From positions 2,940,001 to 2,972,000 of the forward strand of contig NC_017459.1 in the NCBI RefSeq assembly GCF_000237865.1: DNA of 32,000 bases, written 5' to 3'. Origin of the DNA: Haloquadratum walsbyi C23. GTDB taxonomy: Archaea; Halobacteriota; Halobacteria; Halobacteriales; Haloferacaceae. Under the pieces are notes generated by a model. It ran no database searches. It was not told the DNA's origin and saw only the letters and a list, made by a program, of their open reading frames with translations. The position numbers and the translations under genes were made by a program. Of the stretch, positions 8,491 through 17,119 are shown piece by piece (the first letter of the stretch is position 1; the number at the start of each line of letters is the position of its first letter).

Positions 8491-8526
8491 GAAAAACCTC
8501 GCCCTTCAGGGCGGGGAAGATGTCAA
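8491..8526 (+). repeat. Solitary RE-type hairpin unit (R-unit) in the sufU 3' region
   Basis: gaaaaaCCTCGCCCttcaGGGCGGGGaagatgtcaa: an 8-bp stem, ttca loop and GATGTCAA tail. The architecture matches the terminal hairpin of the tnpB element at 14535-14569. It starts 39 nt after the sufU stop, on the same strand. Confidence 0.6.
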
Positions 8527-8618
8527 ATCATCATATTCCGTACTTACATTCATCTCAATAACTATGAACAGTATCGGGCATTTTCAGTGATCATTTCAAT
8601 AAGAGACTTACAACGGTA

Positions 8619-8638
8619 GCGAGGCGAAAGCCCGCGAT
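8619..8638 (+). repeat. 5' half of an R-unit split by a MITE insertion
   Basis: gcgaggcgaaagCCCGCGAt aligns with tcgaggagaaagCTCACGAc (15821-15840). The complementary 3' half is at 9161-9184. Confidence 0.5.
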
Positions 8639-8644
8639 TATACC

Positions 8645-9159
8645 CTGTCTTTTACGCACAAGTTGTCCCGACGAGATGGACGGGGTGAAGCGGTGAAAAT
8701 TGCTCCCATTGTCGGGAGTTGGGAATCTCATCTTAAGTAACCGGGTATGCTGACGACGAGTTGACCCGGCTTGAGTAGTCCCTGTGACCCAATCGGTAAT
8801 CCCGGTTGGCGCCTTATGATGATACACTCATCTGTAGCAGTCGGTACCTGCGGAATATCTGGATTAGAACTGTCCGAGTGACAAACTGACACCTGCGATC
8901 AGAGGGGTCAAAACACCGGGTATTCGCTTCTACAGATGAGCGTGGTGATTAATTCAAATAGTTTCACCGGCGGTGTCGAATGACGCGAATTCAGCGGCTC
9001 CCATCACCGATACGGATAATCACGGCGGTTAAGACTAAGACTTAGACTTGGACTAATCGCTATCAGTCCGTCAGGATTTGTCTCAGACCCTGCTTGAAAG
9101 CGGCTAAAACGTCACGTTGGGATGCTGTGGACTTATGAGTAAAAGTCAGGATTTCAGTC
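8645..9159 (+). mobile_element. 515-bp MITE-like element with imperfect 19-nt terminal inverted repeats and an omega-RNA-like interior
   Basis: Left end ctgtcttttacgcacaagt (8645-8663). Right end 9141-9159 acttatgagtaaaagtcag, whose reverse complement ctgacttttactcataagt matches at 15/19. The interior has blocks shared with 23617-23863(-) and with the tnpB2 3' region (9005-9028 vs 14439-14463). An internal 12-bp inverted repeat actcatctgtag/ctacagatgag lies at about 8825 and 8931. Confidence 0.6.
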
Positions 9160-9160
9160 G

Positions 9161-9184
9161 TGGGAGGAGGTCAATTGAAGTCAT
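9161..9184 (+). repeat. 3' half of the split R-unit
   Basis: atttcaGTCGTGGGaggaggtcaa aligns with ttcaATCGTGGGagaagtca (15841-15860). GTCGTGGG pairs with CCCGCGA(t) at 8631-8638. Confidence 0.5.
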
Positions 9185-9471
9185 CTTGACGATCATTAAC
9201 AACAGAATCTGCAGTGAAGCATTTCACGACGAGTGGACATCAGCAGTAACCTTCGTATCATTTATATGAACACTTTCACCATCATGTATTGAGGATGTGT
9301 CTCAACCGATGTTAGATAACGATTAGTACGCCATTTTGAAAGCCCTGAATATGTTTTCTCGTAGAAATACATGATTGTCCAAGACTTTGTCCGTGTCATC
9401 TACTTGGAGAAGAAACAGCTGAGACACGCAGTTTGAGCCATCCGCCATATTATATTCTATATCAGATATGG

Positions 9472-10503
9472 CTATTCAGGCTTCAATCCAGCATCCTTGA
9501 CACGCATCACAGCTTCACCATCAGCGAGATTTGGTGCATCAACAAGTCTCACGATTCGCTTATCATTCTTTGATTTTCGAAGATACATGCGGAATGTGGA
9601 GGTATGTCCGAGAATATTTCCACCAATTGGCTGCGTTGGGTCACCGAAGTATGAATCAGGATTTGAAGCAACCTGATTTGTAACGAGGACAGCGGTATTA
9701 TATAAGTCGCCGATTCGCATCAGATCATGAAGGTGTTTATTTAGTTTTTGTTGTCGCTCAGCGAGCGATCCACGACCGACATATTCCGCACGGAAGTGCG
9801 CGGTTAGTGAGTCGACACAGAGAAGTCGAACAGGAAAACCACTATCTTGGTTATCACGAGCCAGTTCTTTTGCTTTCTCTGCTAAAAGGATCTGATGATT
9901 TGAATTGAACGCTTTTGCAACGTGTATATGATCCAAAAAACTATCTAACAGCGCTTTCATCGTCTCATCATCACCTGGAGTTCCCTCTATCTCACGACGC
10001 TCAAGCAAATCAGTGATAATCTCATCATCAAGCCCACGAAGCATATCATCAATACGCTCTGGACGAAATGTATCTTCAGAGTCAACGAAGATTGCTGCCC
10101 CACCAAGACCACCGTGTTCAGGTGGTAATTGCACATTGACTGCCATTTGATGGGTAACTTGTGACTTACCAGCGCCGAATTCTCCATACACCTCAGTAAT
10201 CGATTGGGTCTCAATCCCACCACCAAGTAACTCATCGACTTCAGGGATTTTCCACGAGAGTTTTCCAATCTCCTCACGACGTTGCAAAACGGCTGCACCG
10301 GTCTCGAACCCACCAACATCCGCAGCATCACGGGCAGCGTTGATGATATCAGAGGCGGTTGACTCACCAACATCTGCGGTGTTTGACATTTCGGCTGGAC
10401 TTGCGACTGCAATTGCTTGATAGCTCTCAAACCCAGCATCAACGAGTTTATCTGAGGTCGCTGGTCCAACTCCTGGGAGATCTTCGAGTTCATCCTCTGG
10501 CAT
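9472..10503 (-). CDS. radA: DNA repair and recombination protein RadA
   Basis: 343 aa from the ATG at 10503: N-terminal HhH ([20 protein letters not shown]), Walker [10 protein letters not shown], Walker B AIFVDSE, and a conserved C-terminus. Confidence 0.95.
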   Translation of the reverse strand: MPEDELEDLPGVGPATSDKLVDAGFESYQAIAVASPAEMSNTADVGESTASDIINAARDAADVGGFETGAAVLQRREEIGKLSWKIPEVDELLGGGIETQSITEVYGEFGAGKSQVTHQMAVNVQLPPEHGGLGGAAIFVDSEDTFRPERIDDMLRGLDDEIITDLLERREIEGTPGDDETMKALLDSFLDHIHVAKAFNSNHQILLAEKAKELARDNQDSGFPVRLLCVDSLTAHFRAEYVGRGSLAERQQKLNKHLHDLMRIGDLYNTAVLVTNQVASNPDSYFGDPTQPIGGNILGHTSTFRMYLRKSKNDKRIVRLVDAPNLADGEAVMRVKDAGLKPE

Positions 10504-10902
10504 TGTATAACTGCATAACGTCCACTGCCACATAAAGCCTCGTTAACACCATAGTGAAAGTAAAATAGCAGTGATTTCGCTACTCGCAAAAATAATCAGC
10601 TGATACTGGTTTAGCATGCTGATGAAAATATCTAAGATACACAGGCACTATCGGATGGATTCATCAATCACGCACAAAATCTCATCCTTATTCCACGTTT
10701 CTGATACACAGTTACCTGCGGGATTTCACATCTCCCGGTCTTAAAAAACAGATCAAGTTTCCGTGGCTTCGGTCACCCAGTCATCAATTCGTAAGATTAT
10801 CATCCGCTTCAGACGAGGCGCTCAGACAAGCGTTCCCAGATTCGGCGAGTGGTTCAGTGAGCGTTACTTCGTATCTGAACGTGATTTATATATCGATCAG
10901 CG

Positions 10903-11508
10903 TTATTGCCACGGATGACCGCCACGAGCGTCAGGCCACATCGGATACCAGTATGACTCATCATCTTCAATGGTCAGTTCACCAGTGAGGACCGACTCAA
11001 GTTTGAACTCAAGTTGTTGATCACGGTTATTCCCAGACCGTGGTGCGAATGGATAGTACGCACCACGGCGGAATGAGTAAATCCAGTATGCACGCTCGCC
11101 AGCATCTTCAAACCCAAAGACAGCCGCGAGCAATCGCGATCCGTATCCACGCTCAATAAACTCATCAGCCGCAAAATGGATACTTGTGACAAGATCCTCT
11201 GGATTATCATCTTGAAGAATGACCCATTCCCATCCATGACTATCTTCATGAAGATCGAAGGTTGTTCCTGTTTCTTCACTGCCAGCACGAAGAATCGCCT
11301 CAACATCGCTGACAGTATCGGCAAAGTCAGTACTATCGACGCCTGAGAAACACAGCGCAGCTGAACCAACAGAATCGAAGCCAAGATCCGCACCCATCGT
11401 CATATATGCGGTGCTCATGCCGAAGAGATCCTCAGGATCAGCATCGCGGGTTGCATCCGCAGCCGCGTTTGTTCCAAATACAGATCGTATCGTATCAAAC
11501 AGACCCAT
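10903..11508 (-). CDS. Conserved hypothetical acidic protein (co-directional with htpX, 29-nt gap)
   Basis: 201-aa ORF with acidic haloarchaeal composition and no antisense competitor of better quality. I recognise no catalytic motif. Confidence 0.7.
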   Translation of the reverse strand: MGLFDTIRSVFGTNAAADATRDADPEDLFGMSTAYMTMGADLGFDSVGSAALCFSGVDSTDFADTVSDVEAILRAGSEETGTTFDLHEDSHGWEWVILQDDNPEDLVTSIHFAADEFIERGYGSRLLAAVFGFEDAGERAYWIYSFRRGAYYPFAPRSGNNRDQQLEFKLESVLTGELTIEDDESYWYPMWPDARGGHPWQ

Positions 11509-11537
11509 CAGTTATTTATCATCTATGGTATTTCGCG

Positions 11538-12407
11538 TCATCGTGTTTCCAGTTCACGTTCGAGTTCACGAAGGCGTTCCACACGCTGCTCAGTCGAGGG
11601 GTGAGTGCTGAACAACCGTCCAATAAGATCGCTTTTCACCGGAACAATAAAGAACGCATTCATCTCTGATTGTTCGCGGAGATCCTCACGCGGAACATTT
11701 TCCATCCGACCATCAATTTTCAGCAGTGCTGACGCAAGAGCTGATGGTTGTCCCGAAATAATCGCTCCACCTCTGTCGGCGGCATACTCACGGTATCGGG
11801 AGAGTGCACGGATAAGGAAATATGAGACAATCCAGACGATGAGAGATGCAACAATGGCAATAAGCACTTGACTGCCACCCTCTCGTTCATGTCCACCGCC
11901 AAACCAAAATCCTATTCGGACAATCATGAATGCGACTGTCGAAAGGAATGACGCAATTGTCATTATCATAACGTCACGGTTCTTTATATGTGCAAGTTCG
12001 TGCGCGAGAACGCCTGATAATTCATCTTGATCGAGTGAACGCAGTAGTCCAGTCGTTACAGCGATTGTTGCACTATCTTTCGAACGTCCGGTTGCGAATG
12101 CGTTCGGAACCCGTGAGTCAGCAACTGCAACATCTGGCTTTGGGAGATCAGCCTGTTGGCTGAGTCGATTAATCGCCGTGTGAAGTTCAGGATATTCATC
12201 TTCGGAGACTTTTGATGCCCCCATGCTGTAAAGCGCAAGCTTATCGCTGAAGAAGAGCTGTGCAAGTACAAACACTCCCATCAATGGGAGGAATATAAGT
12301 GACCGCGACCACCACAGCGCCCCAACGAAGACCAGGTATAGGGCGAACAGAAGGAACATTGTTAGAGCCATTCTGCCACGTAGTCCCCAGTCTGTTTTCC
12401 AGTCCAT
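11538..12407 (-). CDS. htpX: Zn-dependent membrane protease HtpX (peptidase M48)
   Basis: 289 aa with N-terminal TM helices, the HELAHIKNRD (HExxH) motif, two further TM helices, and a C-terminal ..FSTHPSTEQRV. Confidence 0.93.
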   Translation of the reverse strand: MDWKTDWGLRGRMALTMFLLFALYLVFVGALWWSRSLIFLPLMGVFVLAQLFFSDKLALYSMGASKVSEDEYPELHTAINRLSQQADLPKPDVAVADSRVPNAFATGRSKDSATIAVTTGLLRSLDQDELSGVLAHELAHIKNRDVMIMTIASFLSTVAFMIVRIGFWFGGGHEREGGSQVLIAIVASLIVWIVSYFLIRALSRYREYAADRGGAIISGQPSALASALLKIDGRMENVPREDLREQSEMNAFFIVPVKSDLIGRLFSTHPSTEQRVERLRELERELETR

Positions 12408-12536
12408 ATATGCAATACGTGTTGAACGTAATAAACGGTGTCGCAGATGGATTACAGAAGTTCAAGGAGAAAGCCCTCCCTTGAGGTCTGTCTTTTACAC
12501 ATAAGTTCGTGGAGTCGTAACCGGACGTTTCAGAGT

Positions 12537-13433
12537 ATGACGTTTTCGCAGTCTGGCTTCGAACTCAAAAACACGAGTGACCGACACGCGACAATCTGGC
12601 TCTCCAAAATCGGAGACATCCCGATCCGCTACCACCGCGAAATCCCTGACGAAGCGGACATCAAAGAAGTTACCGTCAAGAAGGAAACAACCGGTAAGTG
12701 GTTCGTCTGCTTCGGGCTCGAAACCGACGACGCTGACCTTCCTGAGAAACCCGACGTGGAGTCTCTCAACACAACCAACAGCGTTGGGATTGATCTCGGT
12801 AGTCTCAATTACATCTACACAACCGATGGGAAGACCGTGGATTGGCTTGATCTCGAAGACGACTACGAGCGATCGCGCCGCGAACAACGCAAACTCTCAC
12901 GGAAGCAGAAAGGGTCGAACAACTACGAGAAACAACGGCGAGAAGTAGCGAAGCTGAAGCGGCACATCCGTCGGACAGTGTTGGACTACCAGCACAAAAT
13001 AACGACGTGGCTCGTCCGTGAGTACGACGCGGTGTTCGTCGAGGACTTGGACGTAAAGGGAATGTTGGAGCAGTCGCACAATGCTCGCAACAAGCAAGAT
13101 GCAGCGTGGCGACAGTTCATTACACTGCTCGAGTATAAGGCCGGTCTGTACGGCTGTCACGTCGTGCAGATCAAACCAGAGGGAACGACGAAAGAATGTG
13201 CGTCGTGTGGTGTAGAAACAGCAAAACCGATTTGGGTACGTGAACACTCCTGCCCGTCATGTGGGTTTGAGTGTGATCGTGACGCGAATGCGGCGATGAA
13301 TGTCCTGCAACGCGGTTTTTTTGAAGTAGGGCTGGAATGGCCCGAAGACACGCCTGTGGAGACTGCGCTCCCTACGGACACCCATTCGGTGTCTGCAAAG
13401 CGCGTCATCGAAACAGGAAGCCTCGGGGCTTGA
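12537..13433 (+). pseudogene. tnpB: tnpB (OrfB/IS1341-type RNA-guided nuclease family), copy 1, N-terminally truncated
   Basis: RuvC motifs SVGIDLG, VFVEDLDVKGM and CDRDANAAMN. Zinc ribbon CASCG..CPSCG. The RuvC Asp lies only about 85 aa after the first Met, compared with about 190 in full-length TnpB, so the REC/WED N-terminal part is missing. The frame stays open upstream through the terminus to 12438. Confidence 0.8.
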
Positions 13434-13440
13434 CCCCAAG

Positions 13441-14325
13441 ACGGTTCACTCGGCTATTCAGGACCAAGCCATTCGAGAAGCGAAATCTGACCACAGCAAA
13501 GATGGGGAAGTTGAATACCGAGAGAGTCAACCGTTCGCAGTCAACAACCAGAATGGGGAGATCGACACAACCGATAACGGCACAGTCGTCATCGGATTCC
13601 CGTGTGTTTCTCAGTGGTGGTACACGCCTATTGAAGTGTACGACGATATTGCCGATTCTGTAGACCGACTGGTCGAAGGTGACGCCGACAAATCCCGTCT
13701 ACAGGTCTACGGTCGTGGCGACGACTGGTACTGTACATTCAACGCCGAGTACGATACCGACACGTCGAATGGGACATCCATCGGTGTCGATATTGGCGAA
13801 CGACATATTCTCGCTGCAACGGCTTATGATGAAGATGAGTCAATGCTGGTGTCAGGTGATGAGGCAAAGTACGTTCGGCGCAAATATCGTTCCCTACGCG
13901 ATTCGCTCCAACAAGCGGGTGCGCTTCGCGCACGCAACCGTGTGGGTGACAAAGAACAGCGTCGAATCAAGGACTTAAATCATAAACTCTCACGTCGCCT
14001 CATCACGTTCGCGGAACAGTTCAAGAATCCAGTCATCAAACTGGAAGACCTCGAAGGTATCCGCAAGAATAGCTCGTGGTCAGCCATTCACTCGTGGCAC
14101 TTCTATCAACTCCAACAGTTCATCACGTACAAAGCAGAACGTGCTGGTATCAGCGTCGAGAAGGTTGACCCGTACCGTACCAGCAAACTATGTTCAGAAT
14201 GTGGTTCAATTGGAACTCGTGATGAAGATCACTTTTTATGTTCGGAGTGTGACCGTGGACGACATGCCGACCTAAATGCTTCAGAGAATATTGCACAACG
14301 TGAGGGAGAACCATGCACGGCGTAG
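13441..14325 (+). pseudogene. tnpB: tnpB, copy 2 (different subfamily), N-terminally truncated, no start codon at the junction
   Basis: The frame is open from about 13420: ..[35 protein letters not shown]. RuvC motifs [18 protein letters not shown] and [10 protein letters not shown]. Zinc ribbon CSECG..CSECD. The ORF track starts only at GTG 13636. Confidence 0.75.
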
Positions 14326-14569
<244 letters not shown>

Positions 14570-14609
14570 TTAATTTATTGATACTCATAAGATATCGTGC
14601 AGACTGATA

Positions 14610-15788
14610 ATGATTAACCGCATTGATAGATTATATATATCAATGAGTTCTGGAGAATTCTGCCCGCGATGTGGTGATGTTATTTCCAAGCAGCCGTCAT
14701 CACGTCCAGGTGCTCCGCATGAGCGTGATGCTGTCCTCTGTAATGATTGTTATTTTGCGGACTTCGAATTAATTGACGCACCTGAGCGGCTTGAAGTGCA
14801 AGTATGTGCGAGATGTGGTGCAGTCAAAGATGGGAGTCAGTGGGTTGACGTTGATGCGGATGATTACACTGAGGTTGCAATCGACCGAATAACCGAATCA
14901 CTTGGTGTACATCTCTCCGCTGAAGAAATCCAGTGGGGTGTCGAACCCGAGCAAGTTGATGAAAATACAATTCGAATGCATTGTACATTTAGCGGAGTTG
15001 TCCGCGGAACGCATCAACAAGAGCGTATTACAGTTCCTGTCCTTATCTCTCGGCAAACTTGTCAGCGATGTGGACGGATCGCTGGTGGGTATTATGCAAG
15101 CATCGTGCAAGTACGTGCACGTGAACGAACACCAACAGCAACTGAACAGCAGCGCGGTGTCGAAATCGCTGAATCATATATTGCAGATCGTGAGGCAACT
15201 GGCGACCGAGATGCGTTCATCTCGGAAATAACAACGACGGATGATGGGACGGATATCAAAATATCAACCAATCAATTAGGCAGCGGTGTTGCAGCACAGA
15301 TTGTCCGTGAGCTTGGAGGGAATGTATCAGAGTATCCAACGCTTGTGACTGAAGATGGAGATGGAAATGAAGTTTATCGGGTGACATATGCAGTTCGACT
15401 GCCAGAATTTACCCCTGGAGACGTAATTGAACCTGCTGATGAGGAGGGTCCGGTCGTTGTCCGAAGTGTACAGGGAAATCTGAAGGGTGTCCGAGCAACA
15501 ACAGGAGATTCATATGAGGCGTCATTTGAAGATGGTATCGCACCGGATGCAGAGCATATTGGAACGGTTGATGATGCTACCGAAACAACAGTGGTCGCGT
15601 TCGAAGACACATATGCGATGCAGGTGCTTGATCCAGAAACATATGAATCAAAGACAGTCGCCCGACCGTCATATGTTGACCCTGATGCAGCGACTGTTCC
15701 AGTCATTAAGAGCCATCAAGGGCTGTATGTGCTTCCAACATCAGTGGTAAAAATAAATAATAAGACTAAGTCAACAGATCCTCAGTGA
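14610..15788 (+). CDS. NMD3 family protein (60S/50S biogenesis-related zinc-finger protein)
   Basis: 392 aa with CPRCG, CNDCYF, CARCGA and CQRCGR zinc-binding pairs, then an NMD3-type body. The true start may be the Met at 14643 (MSSGEFCPRCG). Confidence 0.85.
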   Translation: MINRIDRLYISMSSGEFCPRCGDVISKQPSSRPGAPHERDAVLCNDCYFADFELIDAPERLEVQVCARCGAVKDGSQWVDVDADDYTEVAIDRITESLGVHLSAEEIQWGVEPEQVDENTIRMHCTFSGVVRGTHQQERITVPVLISRQTCQRCGRIAGGYYASIVQVRARERTPTATEQQRGVEIAESYIADREATGDRDAFISEITTTDDGTDIKISTNQLGSGVAAQIVRELGGNVSEYPTLVTEDGDGNEVYRVTYAVRLPEFTPGDVIEPADEEGPVVVRSVQGNLKGVRATTGDSYEASFEDGIAPDAEHIGTVDDATETTVVAFEDTYAMQVLDPETYESKTVARPSYVDPDAATVPVIKSHQGLYVLPTSVVKINNKTKSTDPQ

Positions 15789-15820
15789 TCGATCTACTAT
15801 TGTTCACGAATTACACGGAA

Positions 15821-15860
15821 TCGAGGAGAAAGCTCACGACTTCAATCGTGGGAGAAGTCA
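15821..15860 (+). repeat. Solitary R-unit in the NMD3 3' region
   Basis: tcgaggagaaagCTCACGACttcaATCGTGGGagaagtca, 33 nt after the NMD3 stop on the same strand. It shares the tcgagga prefix, hairpin and gtca tail with 14531-14568. Confidence 0.55.
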
Positions 15861-16447
15861 CATACTCATACCAACATTACTGCTGAGAATTACACTGGCT
15901 CTGATTAAGTGCTTGGTCAATGACCCCTCCCCACCCACTCGCTTATGAATTACTTCTTAATGAAGGGGACTCCACCTCAAAGACATTGAGTCCATTAAAT
16001 TCAGATCCGCAATTATCAGCACTTAAGAACATTTTATTATAGTCGATGGTAACACCACTTCCTCAAAGAGTGAGTGAAACGAACGAGTAGCAAGGGATAC
16101 GCCCGACAATCATAACAGTAATATTGATTTTGTGGTCTGACATGCTTTGATTGTCTAATGTGGAAATCATTCAAACCGATAGAGCAGACGGCAATAATAT
16201 CCGTTTCCGTTTTTGTCGTTTCGCCACAGTTCGAACATGTAAGCTCAACCTCTCAATCAAGATGTTTAATAAAGAAAGTCTAGTGAGGGCTGTGGATCCC
16301 CACAGCGAATAATTCTCTCCAACTTGGAACACGATCGGAATTTGAATCAACCTTCGGTGGAAACTCCGCCGTCATAGAACCGGTCTCCGACAACTGAGTA
16401 GCTCGGGGAAGTTCACTTTTTAGCGTAGTTTCAAGATAGAAGGTGAA

Positions 16448-16624
16448 TTAACCAGCGTGATACTGCTGTGGTAGGTTGATATGTTCTCTAATCGGAATTC
16501 CGCGTCGCTGAAGCGTTGTGATGAATGTATCTTGGGACTGACCTGCGTGTGAAGCTGCTTGTGATAGGGTCAATGTTCCGCTCTGATACAGTGTTAGTGC
16601 CGTCATTAGTCTATGGGTGTACAT
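16448..16624 (-). CDS. UPF0175-family (antitoxin-like, HTH) small protein
   Basis: 58-aa ORF, below the ORF-track cutoff and translated by hand: MYTHRLMTALTLYQSGTLTLSQAASHAGQSQDTFITTLQRRGIPIREHINLPQQYHAG. It fits the UPF0175 pattern A..LY..G.LSL..AA..AG.S...F...L...GIP. An AT-rich promoter region lies upstream. Confidence 0.6.
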   Translation of the reverse strand: MYTHRLMTALTLYQSGTLTLSQAASHAGQSQDTFITTLQRRGIPIREHINLPQQYHAG

Positions 16625-16867
16625 TACGCTTTCATTTAAATTTATAACTTGATGTATATTAACTATTTCGTGAGAAAGGCTACCATTAACTAATCAAAAA
16701 GAATCAAAATTAAACAAACGCATATAATATTTCTGATTTATACCGTATATATTTAGTTATAAATATGCACATAATTGGAGCAAATACAGAGTGAACTACG
16801 AGTACGGATCAGACTCGTTTATACAAGCGCTAAAAGAGGACTGCTCGAGATGATTTCACCTAAAGTA

Positions 16868-16908
16868 CCTCGGGGAAACCCCGAGGCACTCGCCTTGCTA
16901 TCTGTAGG
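16868..16908 (-). repeat. Remnant of the tnpB1-type stop-codon hairpin region
   Basis: The plus strand cctcggggaaaccccgaggcactcgccttgctatctgtagg parallels 373-415 (cctcggggtcaagctccgaggcactcggtctgttccgcctgtag). It has a perfect 8-bp stem. Confidence 0.4.
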
Positions 16909-16988
16909 AATAAAGTATAATTATGATTTACCGATGATCATCGCAGTAGTTATCCTCAAGTCTGTTGCAAATTATACTGGCATACGAT

Positions 16989-17075
16989 ATGGATCGGCAA
17001 CAAATACTCGCACTGTTACTGGTTGTATTAATGATCGGCTCCTCTGTCGCATATGGGGCAGCATTGGTTCTGTGA
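16989..17075 (+). CDS. Candidate 28-aa hydrophobic micro-protein
   Basis: Hand translation gives MDRQQILALLLVVLMIGSSVAYGAALVL, a single TM or signal-like helix with an ATG start. It is convergent with the helicase gene. There is no other support. Confidence 0.2.
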   Translation: MDRQQILALLLVVLMIGSSVAYGAALVL

Positions 17076-17119
17076 ATAAATAAAGATAGTATACATGTCT
17101 GCTCAATACAAGAGAAATG

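Noticed and set aside
8591-8827. 78-aa minus-strand ORF inside the 515-bp element. The same applies to 24823..25089 (88 aa) and 3169..3387 (72 aa) inside the related elements.
   Set aside because: They are basic, Arg/His/Cys-rich and not conserved between the paralogous element copies. They are most likely non-coding.
10616-10744. 42-aa plus-strand ORF (MLMKISKIHRHYRMDSS..) in the radA upstream region, and a ccgggagatgtgaaatc motif (minus strand, about 10719-10738) reminiscent of the unit tail.
   Set aside because: The peptide is strongly basic, which is atypical here. The motif lacks a stem and the GTCAA ending.
16347-16371. ttcggtggaaactccgccg resembles the archaeal origin-recognition-box core (..CCAGTGGAAAC..) and lies next to an AT-rich tract. 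I considered a possible replication origin.
   Set aside because: It is a single copy with no downstream G-string, no inverted partner ORBs and no orc/cdc6 gene nearby. The motif instead matches (inverted) a segment at about 122-134 of the IS fragment, so it is probably repeat debris.
16775-17083. 102-aa plus-strand ORF with a TTG start across the AT-rich islet.
   Set aside because: It runs through the tnpB1-type hairpin remnant, has odd composition and has no motif. Only its last part, in a different frame (16989-17075), is kept as a low-confidence micro-ORF.
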